A stretch of DNA of 64,000 bases, taken from positions 2,656,001 to 2,720,000 of the forward strand of contig CBDCDZ010000004.1 of NCBI GenBank assembly GCA_965215565.1, read 5' to 3'. The DNA comes from Trueperaceae bacterium. Its GTDB lineage: Bacteria > Deinococcota > Deinococci > Deinococcales > Trueperaceae. Position 1 is the first letter of the stretch, and each line of letters starts with the position of its first letter. Below, piece after piece: positions 53,354 through 63,180 of this stretch. The translations under genes were made by a program, and so were the position numbers. The notes beneath the pieces are model-generated. The model did not search any database and was not told the DNA's origin. It was given only the letters and a program-made list of their open reading frames with translations.

Positions 53354-54079
53354 GTGAAGTCGGCGCAGCCAATCCTACCCACCGTACCTAGTGCAAAGGG
53401 GCCTGGGGCAACCCCCGAGCCCACCAAAGTGCGCCGCGTAGCTATGAGTTACGAGGCGTACTTGCGCTATGAGGAAAGCGTCCGCAGCGAGTGGGTGGAC
53501 GGAGAGGTCATTGTCTACATGCCGCCAAAAGCCGAGCACCAACGCATTCTTGCTTTTCTCGAGCGTCTCCTCGCCCTCTTCGTCAATCTAAAAGGTTTAG
53601 GTGAGGTCAACATCGCGCCCTTCGAGGTCAAGCTGTGGGAGGAGGGTCCCTCGAGAGAGCCCGACATCTTCTTCGTCAGCCAAGCGTCCCGCTCCAAATT
53701 CAGCCCCGAGCGTTTCAGCGGCGCACCCGAACTGGTCGTAGAGATTATCTCACCCAGCAGCCTGCTCATCGACCGCGACGTGAAGTTCCGCGAATACGAG
53801 CACTCGGGCGTGAAGGAGTACTGGGTCATCGACTCGAGACCTGAGAAAGCGCGCGCCGACTTCTTCAAGCTGGATGATACGGATCGCTACGAACTCTTCG
53901 CCACCGAGACGGAGGAAACAGTAACGTCCGAGGTTGTAGAGGGCTTCTGGTTGCGCCCTGAATGGCTGTGGCAACCCGATTTGAACCCCCTAAAGGCACT
54001 CTCTGAAATTGTCGGTAAAGAGGCGCTCATAGAGGCGTTGCAAGGTGGCGCGGGCGAAGGCTCGAGCGAAACGTCCTGA
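53354..54079 (+). CDS. Uma2 family (PD-(D/E)XK) putative endonuclease
   Basis: EWVDGEV, REPDIFFV, PELVVEIISPS, GVKEYWVID. Confidence 0.9.
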   Translation: MKSAQPILPTVPSAKGPGATPEPTKVRRVAMSYEAYLRYEESVRSEWVDGEVIVYMPPKAEHQRILAFLERLLALFVNLKGLGEVNIAPFEVKLWEEGPSREPDIFFVSQASRSKFSPERFSGAPELVVEIISPSSLLIDRDVKFREYEHSGVKEYWVIDSRPEKARADFFKLDDTDRYELFATETEETVTSEVVEGFWLRPEWLWQPDLNPLKALSEIVGKEALIEALQGGAGEGSSETS

Positions 54080-54159
54080 CATCCAAACAATTACATTCAT
54101 CCACTAAAGTATTCGCGTGCAAAACCTCTTGTCAACCGTCTTCCTCTAAACCTCATCCG

Positions 54160-54179
54160 ATACCCTGGTGGGATATACT
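54160..54179 (+). promoter_or_regulatory. CsoR-type operator ATACCC-TGGT-GGGATAT overlapping -10 TATACT
   Basis: G/C-tract pseudo-palindrome upstream of the CsoR-family gene. Confidence 0.6.
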
Positions 54180-54214
54180 GAGGGGAATTCTCGCGAACGA
54201 ATGGAGGGCGTCTC

Positions 54215-54499
54215 ATGGCGCAAGCTGAGTTGGAGAAAGACGTTTCAGCGGAGCAGAAGACGAAGATATTGAATAGGTTGAAGCGGCTCGAGGGGCAGGT
54301 GCGCGGCTTGCAGAAGATGGTGGACGACGAGCGAAGCTGCCAAGAGGTCCTGACGCTACTCGCGGGCGTGCGAAGCGCGTTAGACGCCACCGCTGACGTG
54401 ATTTTAGAGAACTATCTGGACAAGTGCCAAGCGGACTTTAAGGGTGGTGAGGGCGACGTGTCTGAACTGCTCCGCGCCGTCAAACTCGCGAGAGGTTAG
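54215..54499 (+). CDS. CsoR/RcnR family metal-sensing repressor
   Basis: NRLKRLEGQVRGLQKMV..ERSC.EVL. Confidence 0.9.
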   Translation: MAQAELEKDVSAEQKTKILNRLKRLEGQVRGLQKMVDDERSCQEVLTLLAGVRSALDATADVILENYLDKCQADFKGGEGDVSELLRAVKLARG

Positions 54500-54573
54500 A
54501 TTTTCCTGCGCGTGCTTATTGACGGTGAAAATGTATGAAATAGCAGTTCCAAGACACACTGAGACAAAGTGTC

Positions 54574-54649
54574 GCAGGTATCATCACCGAATGTGTGTGC
54601 TTCACGATGTTCTCAAAAGTGCGGATGTCTCAAACCAGATGGTACCTGC
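54574..54649 (+). repeat. Dispersed 76-bp element, copy 6
   Basis: GCAGGTATCATCACC...CAAACCAGATGGTACCTGC. Confidence 0.85.
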
Positions 54650-54773
54650 TAAAAAATATATCGTGGAGCTTTCGAGCATGAGTTGTTGGCATTCGGCGAA
54701 ACTCTTGAGCTAAGTACTTCGTCTTCGATAATCTGAACTATAGCGGTTATCAGAAGTACTGAGCTTGAATCAC

Positions 54774-54849
54774 GCAGACATCATCACCGAAAGTGCGTGC
54801 TAGTTGTTGTTCTATCATGTGAGATTGGCTCAAACCAGATGATATCTGC
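54774..54849 (+). repeat. Dispersed 76-bp element, copy 7 (exactly 200 bp after copy 6)
   Basis: GCAGACATCATCACC...CAAACCAGATGATATCTGC. Confidence 0.85.
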
Positions 54850-54990
54850 TATATCTCGAGGAAGTTCTTGCGCTCAGAACGAGCTTCGTTGGCATTTGCT
54901 AATTTAGGTTATTTCGGCGCACCTATGTAACGGCCAAAAGCTTTCCACGAACAACTGCGTTCAAACTGGTACGACTCTGCAAGACGTAAG

Positions 54991-55221
54991 CTAAACAAAT
55001 GTCCGGTAAAAGGCAGCCTTGTAGGGCTCCTTCATTCGCTCGTACGCCGTCACTAGCTTCGCCGCAAAAAAGCGCACCGCCCGCTCGTCTTGCGCCTCGC
55101 GCGCCTCCTCGAAACAGTACAAACAGTGTTGCACAACGAGGTGCCACTGTGCGCCCTCTTCGGCGAGCACCGCGCGTAAATAGGCCTGTCGCACGTCGAT
55201 TATTGGAGAACGTAAACTCAT
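54991..55221 (-). CDS. Small hypothetical protein
   Basis: 76-aa helical ORF with an AAGGG upstream. Confidence 0.55.
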   Translation of the reverse strand: MSLRSPIIDVRQAYLRAVLAEEGAQWHLVVQHCLYCFEEAREAQDERAVRFFAAKLVTAYERMKEPYKAAFYRTFV

Positions 55222-55416
55222 CGCATAACCCTTTGGAGACGGTAGCACGGCGTACACTTTTCAAAGGGGACATATCTCACCAAGAGCTGATACTAGCGTC
55301 TTTTCTCTCTTTTGCCAAGAGGTGCAAAGTGTGGGGTATGGTAGTGCACGGATACTGGCAACGGATAATGAGCAGTGAAAAGCTTATGCTCAGTGCGTTA
55401 GTTTGAGGAGGCAGCG

Positions 55417-56262
55417 ATGTTTCAAGAAGGACTCTTAAAGGATAAGGTTGTCCTAGTTACGGGTGGCGGGACGGGCTTGGGGCGCTCGATGTGCGAGCGG
55501 TTTTTGGCGTTGGGGGCGCGGGTTGCCATCTCGAGCCGCCGCCAAGAGGTCTTAGACCAAGCCGCCCAGGAGATGATGGACGCCACTGGCGGCGAAGTCT
55601 TCACCACCACCGTAGACGTGCGCGACCCCGAGCAAGTAAGTGAGATGATGGACGCGGTAGAGGGTCACTTCGGGCAGATTGACGTGCTGCTGAATAACGC
55701 CGCCGGTAACTTCATCTCGCCCACCGAACGCCTCTCTCACCGCGCGGTGGACGCTGTTCTCAACATCGTTTTGCACGGCACCTTTTACTGCACCCTAGAC
55801 CTCGGTAAGCGCTGGATTGAGAAGCAGCAGCCGGGCGTCGTGCTCAACATCGCCACGACCTACGCCATGACCGGCTCGGGCTACGTCGCGCCCTCGGCTG
55901 CGGCTAAAGCGGGCGTTGTGAGCCTCACCAAATCGCTCGCGGCGGAATGGGGCAAGTATAATATCCGCCTAAACGCCATCGCCCCCGGACCCTTCCCCAC
56001 CGAAGGCGCGTGGAGCCGCCTCATGCCTACCGATGAGATTCAAGAGCTGTTCGAAAAGCGCATCCCGCTGGGGCGCGTCGGACGGCACGAAGAACTCGCC
56101 AACCTCGCCTCATACCTCATCTCGGACGCTTCCGGTTTTATCACGGGCGACCTCATTCATATTGATGGGGGCGAGACGACATGGGGGGCGGGGGAGTTTA
56201 ATATTTTGGATGAGGTGACGAGTGAGCAGTGGGATAAGTTGGCGGAGATGCGCAAGGGGTAG
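55417..56262 (+). CDS. SDR oxidoreductase, 2,4-dienoyl-CoA reductase-like
   Basis: TGGGTGLG, NNAAGNFISP, SAAAKAGV, IAPGPFPT. Confidence 0.88.
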   Translation: MFQEGLLKDKVVLVTGGGTGLGRSMCERFLALGARVAISSRRQEVLDQAAQEMMDATGGEVFTTTVDVRDPEQVSEMMDAVEGHFGQIDVLLNNAAGNFISPTERLSHRAVDAVLNIVLHGTFYCTLDLGKRWIEKQQPGVVLNIATTYAMTGSGYVAPSAAAKAGVVSLTKSLAAEWGKYNIRLNAIAPGPFPTEGAWSRLMPTDEIQELFEKRIPLGRVGRHEELANLASYLISDASGFITGDLIHIDGGETTWGAGEFNILDEVTSEQWDKLAEMRKG

Positions 56263-56264
56263 AT

Positions 56265-56504
56265 ATGAAAAGATTGATTTGCCCAAAGTCGAGAAGCGAA
56301 TTGCTTCAGCAATTTCCGATTGAAGACTATCTCGAAGGATGGTTCTTTCGAATAGAAGAAGTTTCAGCGGACGTATATCTTGTGGAAGGCTCAGATTTGT
56401 TTGGTCGGACTGTATCAAATAAAGGAACCGAGCCTGATAACCTTCTCAGGCAGTGTGTTACAGACGCCGAACTGATTAAACGCGAGTTAGAGAAGACTTC
56501 ATAG
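56265..56504 (+). CDS. Small hypothetical protein, low GC
   Basis: Starts 2 nt after the SDR stop; GWFFRIEEVSADVYLVEG.D.FGR. Confidence 0.6.
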   Translation: MKRLICPKSRSELLQQFPIEDYLEGWFFRIEEVSADVYLVEGSDLFGRTVSNKGTEPDNLLRQCVTDAELIKRELEKTS

Positions 56505-56538
56505 ATGTTGTGGCTTGCTGCTTAACTAGGCACTACGA

Positions 56539-57678
56539 GTGAGCACCCAAACTTTCCAACGCACCCGCTTCACCTGGCTCGCCTACGGAATGCTGGCGTA
56601 CTTCGCCTATTCACAGTCGGCGCTCGGCCCGACCATGCCCTTTCTACGCCGCGAACTGGGGCTCAGCTACACGGTAGGCGGACTGCACGCGAGCGCCTTT
56701 GCGCTGGGGATGGTGCTCGTCGGGCTCTTCGGTGACGGGGTAATTCGCAGGCTCGGACAGCGCCGCGCCTTTTGGGGTGGCGGCGCGGGCATGGCGGTGG
56801 GCACGCTGTTTTTAGCGACGGGGCAGAGCGCTTACGTGACGATTTTCGGTACGCTGGTGATGGGCACGCTCGGCACGCTGCTCTTCGTTATCGTGCAGGC
56901 GACGCTGTCGAACGCGCATCAACACTTTCGCCCGGTTGCGTTTATGGAGGCGAACTTGGCGGCGTCGGTGAGCGCGAGCTTCTTGCCGCTGCTAGTAGGC
57001 GGCTTTGAAGAGGTTGGGCTCGGCTGGCGCGTCGCGCTCTTTCTCGTCGTCGGGGTGTGGCTGCTGATGGCGCTGAGTTTAAGGGGAACGCCCTTTCCGC
57101 AGCCTACGGAGAGTAGCGCTGAGTCGAAACGGCTGCCCCGTATCTTTTGGCTCTACTGGGCGATTCTCTTCTTAGGGGTATCAGCGGAGTGGTGCGTGGC
57201 GCTCTGGAGTGCGGACTTTATGGTCTCGAGCCTCAACCTCACGGAAAGCCGCGCCGCCTCACTCGTCGCCGTGTTTATTGGTGCGGGCGTGGCGGGGCGT
57301 TTCGTCGGGAGCCGCTTAGCGAAAACTCAGGGAAGCCGCGCGCTCTTGCTGGTCTACCTCTTTATTCTCTTGGGGGGCTTTCCACTTTTTTGGTTAGGGA
57401 CGACGCTGCCACTCAAAATTATCGGGCTTGCCATCGTCGGCTTTGGCGCGGCGGGGCTCTTTCCGCTGGGGCTCGCCAATGCGACGGACGCTTTGCCCAA
57501 CTACGCAGACCGCATCAGCGCCCGCAGTTCATCCGCCATCGGTCTCGCCATCCTCATCAATCCGCAGCTTTTAGGAATGAGCGCGGACCTCTTTGGGATC
57601 GGGCGGGCATTCTCGTTAGTGTTGTTACTCGGGGGTTCAGCAGTGGTCCTTACGTTCGTCGCAGGTAGAAAGCGCTAA
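56539..57678 (+). CDS. MFS transporter
   Basis: About 12 hydrophobic segments; GD..IRRLG motif. Confidence 0.88.
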   Translation: MSTQTFQRTRFTWLAYGMLAYFAYSQSALGPTMPFLRRELGLSYTVGGLHASAFALGMVLVGLFGDGVIRRLGQRRAFWGGGAGMAVGTLFLATGQSAYVTIFGTLVMGTLGTLLFVIVQATLSNAHQHFRPVAFMEANLAASVSASFLPLLVGGFEEVGLGWRVALFLVVGVWLLMALSLRGTPFPQPTESSAESKRLPRIFWLYWAILFLGVSAEWCVALWSADFMVSSLNLTESRAASLVAVFIGAGVAGRFVGSRLAKTQGSRALLLVYLFILLGGFPLFWLGTTLPLKIIGLAIVGFGAAGLFPLGLANATDALPNYADRISARSSSAIGLAILINPQLLGMSADLFGIGRAFSLVLLLGGSAVVLTFVAGRKR

Positions 57679-58094
57679 AGCTGGTCACCTGTGGGCAACT
57701 CTAAGCGGAAGGTGCCCGAGGTGTCCTCCAGGGTCAGCTTCACGCGGTAAATCCCCTGACCTCTTTTAAGCATCTGTGAGAGGTCGACCTCTTCGCCCTT
57801 GTAATAAGTTTGCCTGAACATAACGCGCTCGGGTCCGCCCGCTTTGCCGGTCTGGAAGCTGCTCTGCTTCTCATACGTGCCTTCAACGGTGAGCGTGCCG
57901 CGCTTGACTTCGCCGCTCAGGATCAGAGGAAAGCCGTCCGCTGAGGTGACGCGCCGCATGTAAGAGGCGTCCGTCGTCGTTTTGTAGGCGAGGATGGGCG
58001 TCTGCGGCGGGACGCCCACGTACCAGCCGCGCCACTCGCCCACCCCGAAAAAGACTACAGCACAGAAGACGAGGAAGATGAGGAAGTCGCGCAT
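57675..58094 (-). CDS. Hypothetical exported/membrane-anchored protein
   Basis: N-terminal hydrophobic helix, beta-rich body. Confidence 0.7.
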   Translation of the reverse strand: MRDFLIFLVFCAVVFFGVGEWRGWYVGVPPQTPILAYKTTTDASYMRRVTSADGFPLILSGEVKRGTLTVEGTYEKQSSFQTGKAGGPERVMFRQTYYKGEEVDLSQMLKRGQGIYRVKLTLEDTSGTFRLELPTGDQL

Positions 58095-58155
58095 GAGGTC
58101 ATGATAGAGCGTGACCTCTCAAGATGCTCGTAAAAATTTCGCTTGTGCCGAAGTT

Positions 58156-58521
58156 CTAAATATTGAACCCGAACATCCGCATCTGCTTCTTGCCGTCATC
58201 CGACATCTTCTCCGGTGACCAGGGCGGCGACCACACGAACTCGACGTTGACTTTTTTCACGCCGTCAACTTTCATGCAGGCGAGTTCGGCGTCCGCTTGA
58301 ATCATGTCCTGGACGGGGCAACCCATGCTGGTCAAGGTCATCTCGATATCGACTTCGCCTTCGTCTTTGACGTCGACGCTGTAGATGAGTCCCAAGTCCA
58401 CGACGTTCACGGGGATTTCGGGGTCTTTCACGACTTTGAGCGCCTCTAAAAGCGTCTCTTCGGTGGGCACGTTCGCGCTTCCGTTTTGCTCGGCTGGAGG
58501 GTGTGTCGCTTGTTCACTCAT
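58156..58521 (-). CDS. DUF59/SufT-like Fe-S cluster assembly protein
   Basis: V.DPEIPVNVVDLGLIY, MTLTSMGCP, VWSPPWSPEKMS. Confidence 0.92.
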   Translation of the reverse strand: MSEQATHPPAEQNGSANVPTEETLLEALKVVKDPEIPVNVVDLGLIYSVDVKDEGEVDIEMTLTSMGCPVQDMIQADAELACMKVDGVKKVNVEFVWSPPWSPEKMSDDGKKQMRMFGFNI

Positions 58522-58579
58522 AGCTTTAGCGTAGCAGATAGAGAGGCGAGTTCCGTCACTTTGCAGAACAAGTGAAGGA

Positions 58580-58690
58580 AGCAATGAGTTGAAAGCAATC
58601 CAGTCAAGCTGGTGCGCGTTAGCCTCCGAAGGAACGAACGGTGAGCAATGAGTTTTTGGTTTTTACTCGTTACTCATTGCTCGTTGCTTT
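58580..58690. repeat. Heptamer-repeat hairpin (CAATGAG/CTCATTG family)
   Basis: GAGCAATGAGTTTTTGGTTTT shared with 33590. Confidence 0.65.
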
Positions 58691-58694
58691 TTCC

Positions 58695-59303
58695 TTACGG
58701 TACTCGCTTCACCTCTTTGTCAACGATGGTGATGTCCGGCTTGGTAGACATGTTGGCTGAAGACGTAGCGGTGCTGGGCGTCCCGGACCCGGAGGAGGGT
58801 AGGCTCTTTCTTAGAGAGGTTTCGACTTGGGCGATGTCGGCGGCGAGTTCGTTGCGCATCAGGAGGACGCGCTCTTCTAAGCGCTCGACTTGGGCGCGTT
58901 CGTGCGCCTCGATGTGGCTGGTGTGCTCGCTGACGACGGTGCGAAAGCCGCTGTCGCTCTCAGACATACGGGTTTCTAAGCCGTCGAGTTTCTTGCCTAT
59001 GCGCTCCTCGAGCCCCGCGAGGTCTTCGTTGCGGCGTCTGTCGAGTTGGGCGCGTAAATGGTCATTCTGCTTCTCTAGGTGGGTGATCTGCCTAAGTTGT
59101 CCCGCCCGCCTAAAGAGTGAGAGCAACAAAAAGAGCAAACACGCGGCGAGAATCGCGCCGATGAGGAAGAGCCCTAGCGGAAGCTGGACCTGGAAAAAGA
59201 GGAAGTTGATGGGCAAGTAGGTGGATAGCGCCCCCCAGTTAAACGCGGCAAAGATAACCGTCAAGACGATAAGCGCGGTGACGAGGGTTCCTTTTGACTT
59301 CAT
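58695..59303 (-). CDS. LapA/DUF1049-like membrane protein with coiled coil
   Basis: FAAFNW, INFLFFQVQLPLGL, coiled-coil tail. Confidence 0.7.
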   Translation of the reverse strand: MKSKGTLVTALIVLTVIFAAFNWGALSTYLPINFLFFQVQLPLGLFLIGAILAACLLFLLLSLFRRAGQLRQITHLEKQNDHLRAQLDRRRNEDLAGLEERIGKKLDGLETRMSESDSGFRTVVSEHTSHIEAHERAQVERLEERVLLMRNELAADIAQVETSLRKSLPSSGSGTPSTATSSANMSTKPDITIVDKEVKRVP

Positions 59304-59723
59304 CCGATCTCCTTCCAATCTTGTGGCTTTCATTCAAGCAATTCTTGTTTAGATGTCACAGCAGTTCCACGCTTCGCCGCACTAAGTGAGGGCGTTGCTT
59401 CGCAGAACTTCGTACACTATTTCTTCAAGGCTTGCGCGTCACTTCGCTCCCACTGGCGACTTCGTGAACGCATCCGCTCGTACGTTTCATTGCTGTAGCA
59501 ATGAAACGTGGAAATGCTATCAGTATAGCGCCTCGTGTAGACGAGGGGACCGCCCCTTTGCTCCTATAACATACCTCGTATTCTCTGAGAAAAGCGGTGA
59601 AGCGCACATAAATTTTAGGTTGACGTGAAACGTAGGGAAAGAAGGTGCCAGATACTGAGTTATACCTTCCGATATGAAACACCTCTTACCTTTTAGACCT
59701 AGCCAACGCGCCATACTAAAGTT

Positions 59724-60323
59724 ATGACCAAAACGCTAAACACTGCGCTGCGGCGCTTTCTCGCTCTGCTCGCCGTTCTCCTCACGGTCACCGTCATGGC
59801 GACGACGTACCGCGCTGAGTTGGGGGGCGAGAGCTTCGTCGAGTACGAAGCTTCTGACCCGAACACCACGTGGCAGGGGCGTGCGCCTTTAGAAACGCTC
59901 GAGCTGACGTTCGACGACGAGGCGCTCAGCGAGCTGAGCCTCGAGGCTACCTTAGACCCTGGCAAATTCAATTCGGGCAACGTGATTCGCGACGCCAACG
60001 CGCGGCGCGGCGTCTTCGAGACGGGGCAGTATCCGACAATCACCTTGAGCGCTCAAGGGGTTCAGGCGGACGCGGCGAGCTTGGCTGAAGGTGAGACGAA
60101 GCGTGTGGAGCTTGTAGGGCGGCTCGAGCTGCACGGCGTGACGAACGAGGTCACGGTGCCAGCCGAGGTCTCGCGCGAGAACGGCACCCTCCGCGCGGCG
60201 GGTGCGTTTGGTGTGCTCCTGAGCGACTACGACATGAACCGTCCGAGCTTTTTGGGCACGACGGTGGACGACGAGGTGACGGTGCGCTTCGACGTGGTGG
60301 GTACGTTACGGGAGGTTGAGTAG
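59724..60323 (+). CDS. YceI family protein
   Basis: Signal peptide; SGNVIRD, YPTIT, LELHGVT, LSDYDM. Confidence 0.88.
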   Translation: MTKTLNTALRRFLALLAVLLTVTVMATTYRAELGGESFVEYEASDPNTTWQGRAPLETLELTFDDEALSELSLEATLDPGKFNSGNVIRDANARRGVFETGQYPTITLSAQGVQADAASLAEGETKRVELVGRLELHGVTNEVTVPAEVSRENGTLRAAGAFGVLLSDYDMNRPSFLGTTVDDEVTVRFDVVGTLREVE

Positions 60324-60329
60324 TTGCTG

Positions 60330-62093
60330 TTAGCGCCTCGAGACCCAGCCGCCGCCCCGGGCCTGTGACCACAGGAGCCACTCGCCGACGAGCACGAGCA
60401 GCGCGGCGAGGGTGAGCCAGAGCCCCAAGTTGCGCCTGCGTTCGGTGCTAACGGTGAGGGGCGACGCCTCGCTGTTTTGAGCGCTCGGCAAGCTGCTCTC
60501 TAGGCGCGACTCCGCTGCGCTCAGAAGACTCACGCTGTAGGGTGCGCCGCCTACGGTGTAGATACCCGGCTCCGTCGCTCGAGCGACACCGTCCGCCGCG
60601 CCCGCCGCTTCACCCACTGTCCCATCTGCTGTTTCACCCGCCGTTTCACTAGGTAGTGGCGCGCCGAGCGGTAAGCGCGGCTCGCCGCGAAAGGTGCTCA
60701 TGAGGTTCGCCATGAGGATGGGGAAGGCGACGCGCCGTACTAGATCGGTCTGGGAGGGGTGAAAGCGCAGCCAGAACGCCTCGACACCCGGCTCGCTCAG
60801 GTGCAGCGCGGCGGGGGAGAGGTCACTCGTTTCGGCGAGCGTGCGCCAGTCGCCTGTAGGGGAAGCGTCCTCCGGCGGCAAACCCACCGTCACGCCGGTC
60901 AGATCGACGAAGCGCAGGAGCGGGTTGCTCCGGTCCCAGTCGGCAATTTGCGCGTAGCGCGGCTCCTCGCTCGGCGGGCTGAAGAAGAGGTAGCGCCCCG
61001 GCGAAAGGGTTTCGGGCGGGGCGCTAGAGGAGACCAGAACGTCGTAGGCTAGCCCCTCTTGCACCGTCTGCACGCTCCGCACGGACATGCCCGGCAAAAC
61101 GCGCAAGACGCGCTCCAAACGCGGCGTCGGCGGCGTCACCACCACGTTCAGGGTGCGGCTGCCTGCGAAGGCTTCGTCGTCGAGGGCGAGCGCGTCCCCG
61201 CCCGGCACCTCCAACGCGGCGCGGTAGAAACCTGTCATGTCCTCTACGGGGAATGAGGTGTTTGCCTGCCCCTGGCTCGGCACGAGCAGCGAGGTCTGCG
61301 CGACGATTCTGCCATCATCTGCTTCACTCCCGTCCGCCCCGCCGCTCCTCGTGACGCTCAGCGTGACCTCCTGCGGGCGGCGCGCGCTGCTCACCACCGA
61401 GACGAAGAGCTGCTGGTTGCGCAAATCGAACGCGCTGATGCCCCAGTTGGCGGGGCGCTCAGCAGGGGCGGCACTCTCGGACGCGCCGGCTCGAATGGCA
61501 GGGTGAAACGTGAAGTCGGTCTCGGGCGGGGGGCTCACACCCGCTAAGTTGTCGCTAAAGAGGTGCAGTTCTGCGCCGGGCGCGACTGCGGCGGCTAGGT
61601 CAACCGCGCGCTGCAAGTCGGCGCTGGCGTCCGCCGCGCGGAGGTCCGCCAAGGCGCGGCGGACAGCGGCCTCGTTGGCGCTGAGCGGCTGCCACGTGGT
61701 GGCGTCTAAGCCGGCGCGGACGATGGCGACGCGCCCGGCACCGCCTATGAGGTCCGCCGCTTGCGCCTTGGCGCTCTCCAGCCGTGCGCCGCCGCCCCCA
61801 CGCGCCGCCATGCTCGCCGAAGCGTCGAGGATCAGCACGCGCTCCGGCGCGCCGCCCGCGTTCAGGCTGGGCTGTGCCAGAGCGAGCGCCGCTAAACTCA
61901 CGAAGAGGAGCTGTAAAGCGAGCAGCCACGTCGGGGAGAAGCGGCGGCGGCGCTCGGCGAGCTGCGCGGCTTGCCGCCACAAAAAGAGTGCCGACACGTC
62001 TACGCGCTCCCGCCTGCTGCGCACGAAGTGCAGCGCCACCACAGCGGGTAACGCGAGCAGCAGCCACAGAAATTGCGGCGCGAGAAAGCTCAT
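60330..62093 (-). CDS. BatA-N / vWA domain membrane protein
   Basis: MSFLAP..LWLL.....LHF, VSALFLW, LALAQP, MIDAS LDASASM, C-terminal EW.L. Confidence 0.88.
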   Translation of the reverse strand: MSFLAPQFLWLLLALPAVVALHFVRSRRERVDVSALFLWRQAAQLAERRRRFSPTWLLALQLLFVSLAALALAQPSLNAGGAPERVLILDASASMAARGGGGARLESAKAQAADLIGGAGRVAIVRAGLDATTWQPLSANEAAVRRALADLRAADASADLQRAVDLAAAVAPGAELHLFSDNLAGVSPPPETDFTFHPAIRAGASESAAPAERPANWGISAFDLRNQQLFVSVVSSARRPQEVTLSVTRSGGADGSEADDGRIVAQTSLLVPSQGQANTSFPVEDMTGFYRAALEVPGGDALALDDEAFAGSRTLNVVVTPPTPRLERVLRVLPGMSVRSVQTVQEGLAYDVLVSSSAPPETLSPGRYLFFSPPSEEPRYAQIADWDRSNPLLRFVDLTGVTVGLPPEDASPTGDWRTLAETSDLSPAALHLSEPGVEAFWLRFHPSQTDLVRRVAFPILMANLMSTFRGEPRLPLGAPLPSETAGETADGTVGEAAGAADGVARATEPGIYTVGGAPYSVSLLSAAESRLESSLPSAQNSEASPLTVSTERRRNLGLWLTLAALLVLVGEWLLWSQARGGGWVSRR

Positions 62094-62256
62094 TGGAGCA
62101 GGCTCCGGGGGTGTATCATAGGTTTATTGTAGCAGTGCGGCGTCGGCTGAAAGGTAAAGGAGAGAGGGGATTCAAGGAGAACCGCTACCTCTCCTCATTT
62201 CCCTGTCGCTCCACCTAAAAGTCACAACAAGCGTACGACACCCTCAGGAGGACCCC

Positions 62257-62835
62257 GTGAAAACCCGCCTCAAAAATCACCCCGAGCCGCTTCCCATCGG
62301 CGCGAGCGCGCCCGACTTCGCGCTGCTTGGCGTGGACGACAAACCCTACCGTCTCAGCGACGTTGACGCGCCCGTCTTCGTCTACGTCCAGGGCTGCAAC
62401 CACTGCCCTTACGTCCTCGCGGCTTTGGACAGGCTGAAGAGGTTGGCGAGCGAGTACGGCGCTAAGGGTGTTCAGTTCGTGATGGTCAACTCGAACGACG
62501 CAGCGCAATACCCCGACGACAGCTTTGGGGCGATGCAGGCGTTTTCGGAGGCGCACGCGCTCCCCTTCCCATACCTTTACGACGAGACACAAGAGGTCGC
62601 GAAGGCGTACCGCACCTTTCGCACGCCCGAGCTGCTCGTCTTTGATGAGAGGCGCACGCTCGCCTATCACGGCAGGATCGACGACAACCTCAAAGAACCC
62701 GAGAAAGCGCGCACCCACGAATTGCAAGACGCGCTCGACGCCCTGCTGAGCGGCGAAGCCGTCGCGGAGCCCGAGACGTACGCCGCGGGCTGCACCGTGA
62801 AGTGGAAGCCCGGCAACGAGCCCTGGTTGGAGTAA
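62257..62835 (+). CDS. Thioredoxin-fold AhpC/TSA-like protein
   Basis: APDFAL, CNHCPYV, YLYDETQEVA, YHGRIDD, GCTVKW. Confidence 0.9.
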   Translation: MKTRLKNHPEPLPIGASAPDFALLGVDDKPYRLSDVDAPVFVYVQGCNHCPYVLAALDRLKRLASEYGAKGVQFVMVNSNDAAQYPDDSFGAMQAFSEAHALPFPYLYDETQEVAKAYRTFRTPELLVFDERRTLAYHGRIDDNLKEPEKARTHELQDALDALLSGEAVAEPETYAAGCTVKWKPGNEPWLE

Positions 62836-62967
62836 AGGCACTTCGAAGTCTGTGAAGCGCCGATGGGGTAGACTTGGTGGCTGTTTCTTGGTTGGATGAC
62901 CTCTTCCAACCCGCAGTATCTCGAGGTGTTTAGGCTCGAGCAGGGCTCGAGCCCCAGAAGGAGACCT

Positions 62968-63180
62968 ATGGCTGAACCCAACAAAGAAGCCCCCGGCGAG
63001 GTACGCTCGAACTTGCAAGTCGTCGTGCGCATCGTGCTCGTCCTCGTCGTTGTTGCGCTGCTCATCGGCTTAGTCGTCGCCCTGGTGCGCCTTTTGAGCC
63101 GCCCCAACGTAGTAGAGGACGCTCTCAACGCTGCGCCCCACATCGCACACTTCCTAAACCATGCGCTAGGGCTAAGCTAG
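62968..63180 (+). CDS. Small membrane protein
   Basis: AGGAG RBS, one TM, coupled to the next gene. Confidence 0.55.
   Translation: MAEPNKEAPGEVRSNLQVVVRIVLVLVVVALLIGLVVALVRLLSRPNVVEDALNAAPHIAHFLNHALGLS

Noticed and set aside
59618..59633. Fourth parS site (GGTTGACGTGAAACG)
   Set aside because: Several mismatches to the palindrome; only a half-site matches
62215..63018. Long antisense ORFs (this one; also 24552-25289, 43022-43702, 16157-16867, 61510-62121)
   Set aside because: Shadow frames opposite well-supported genes in GC-rich DNA, with no motifs
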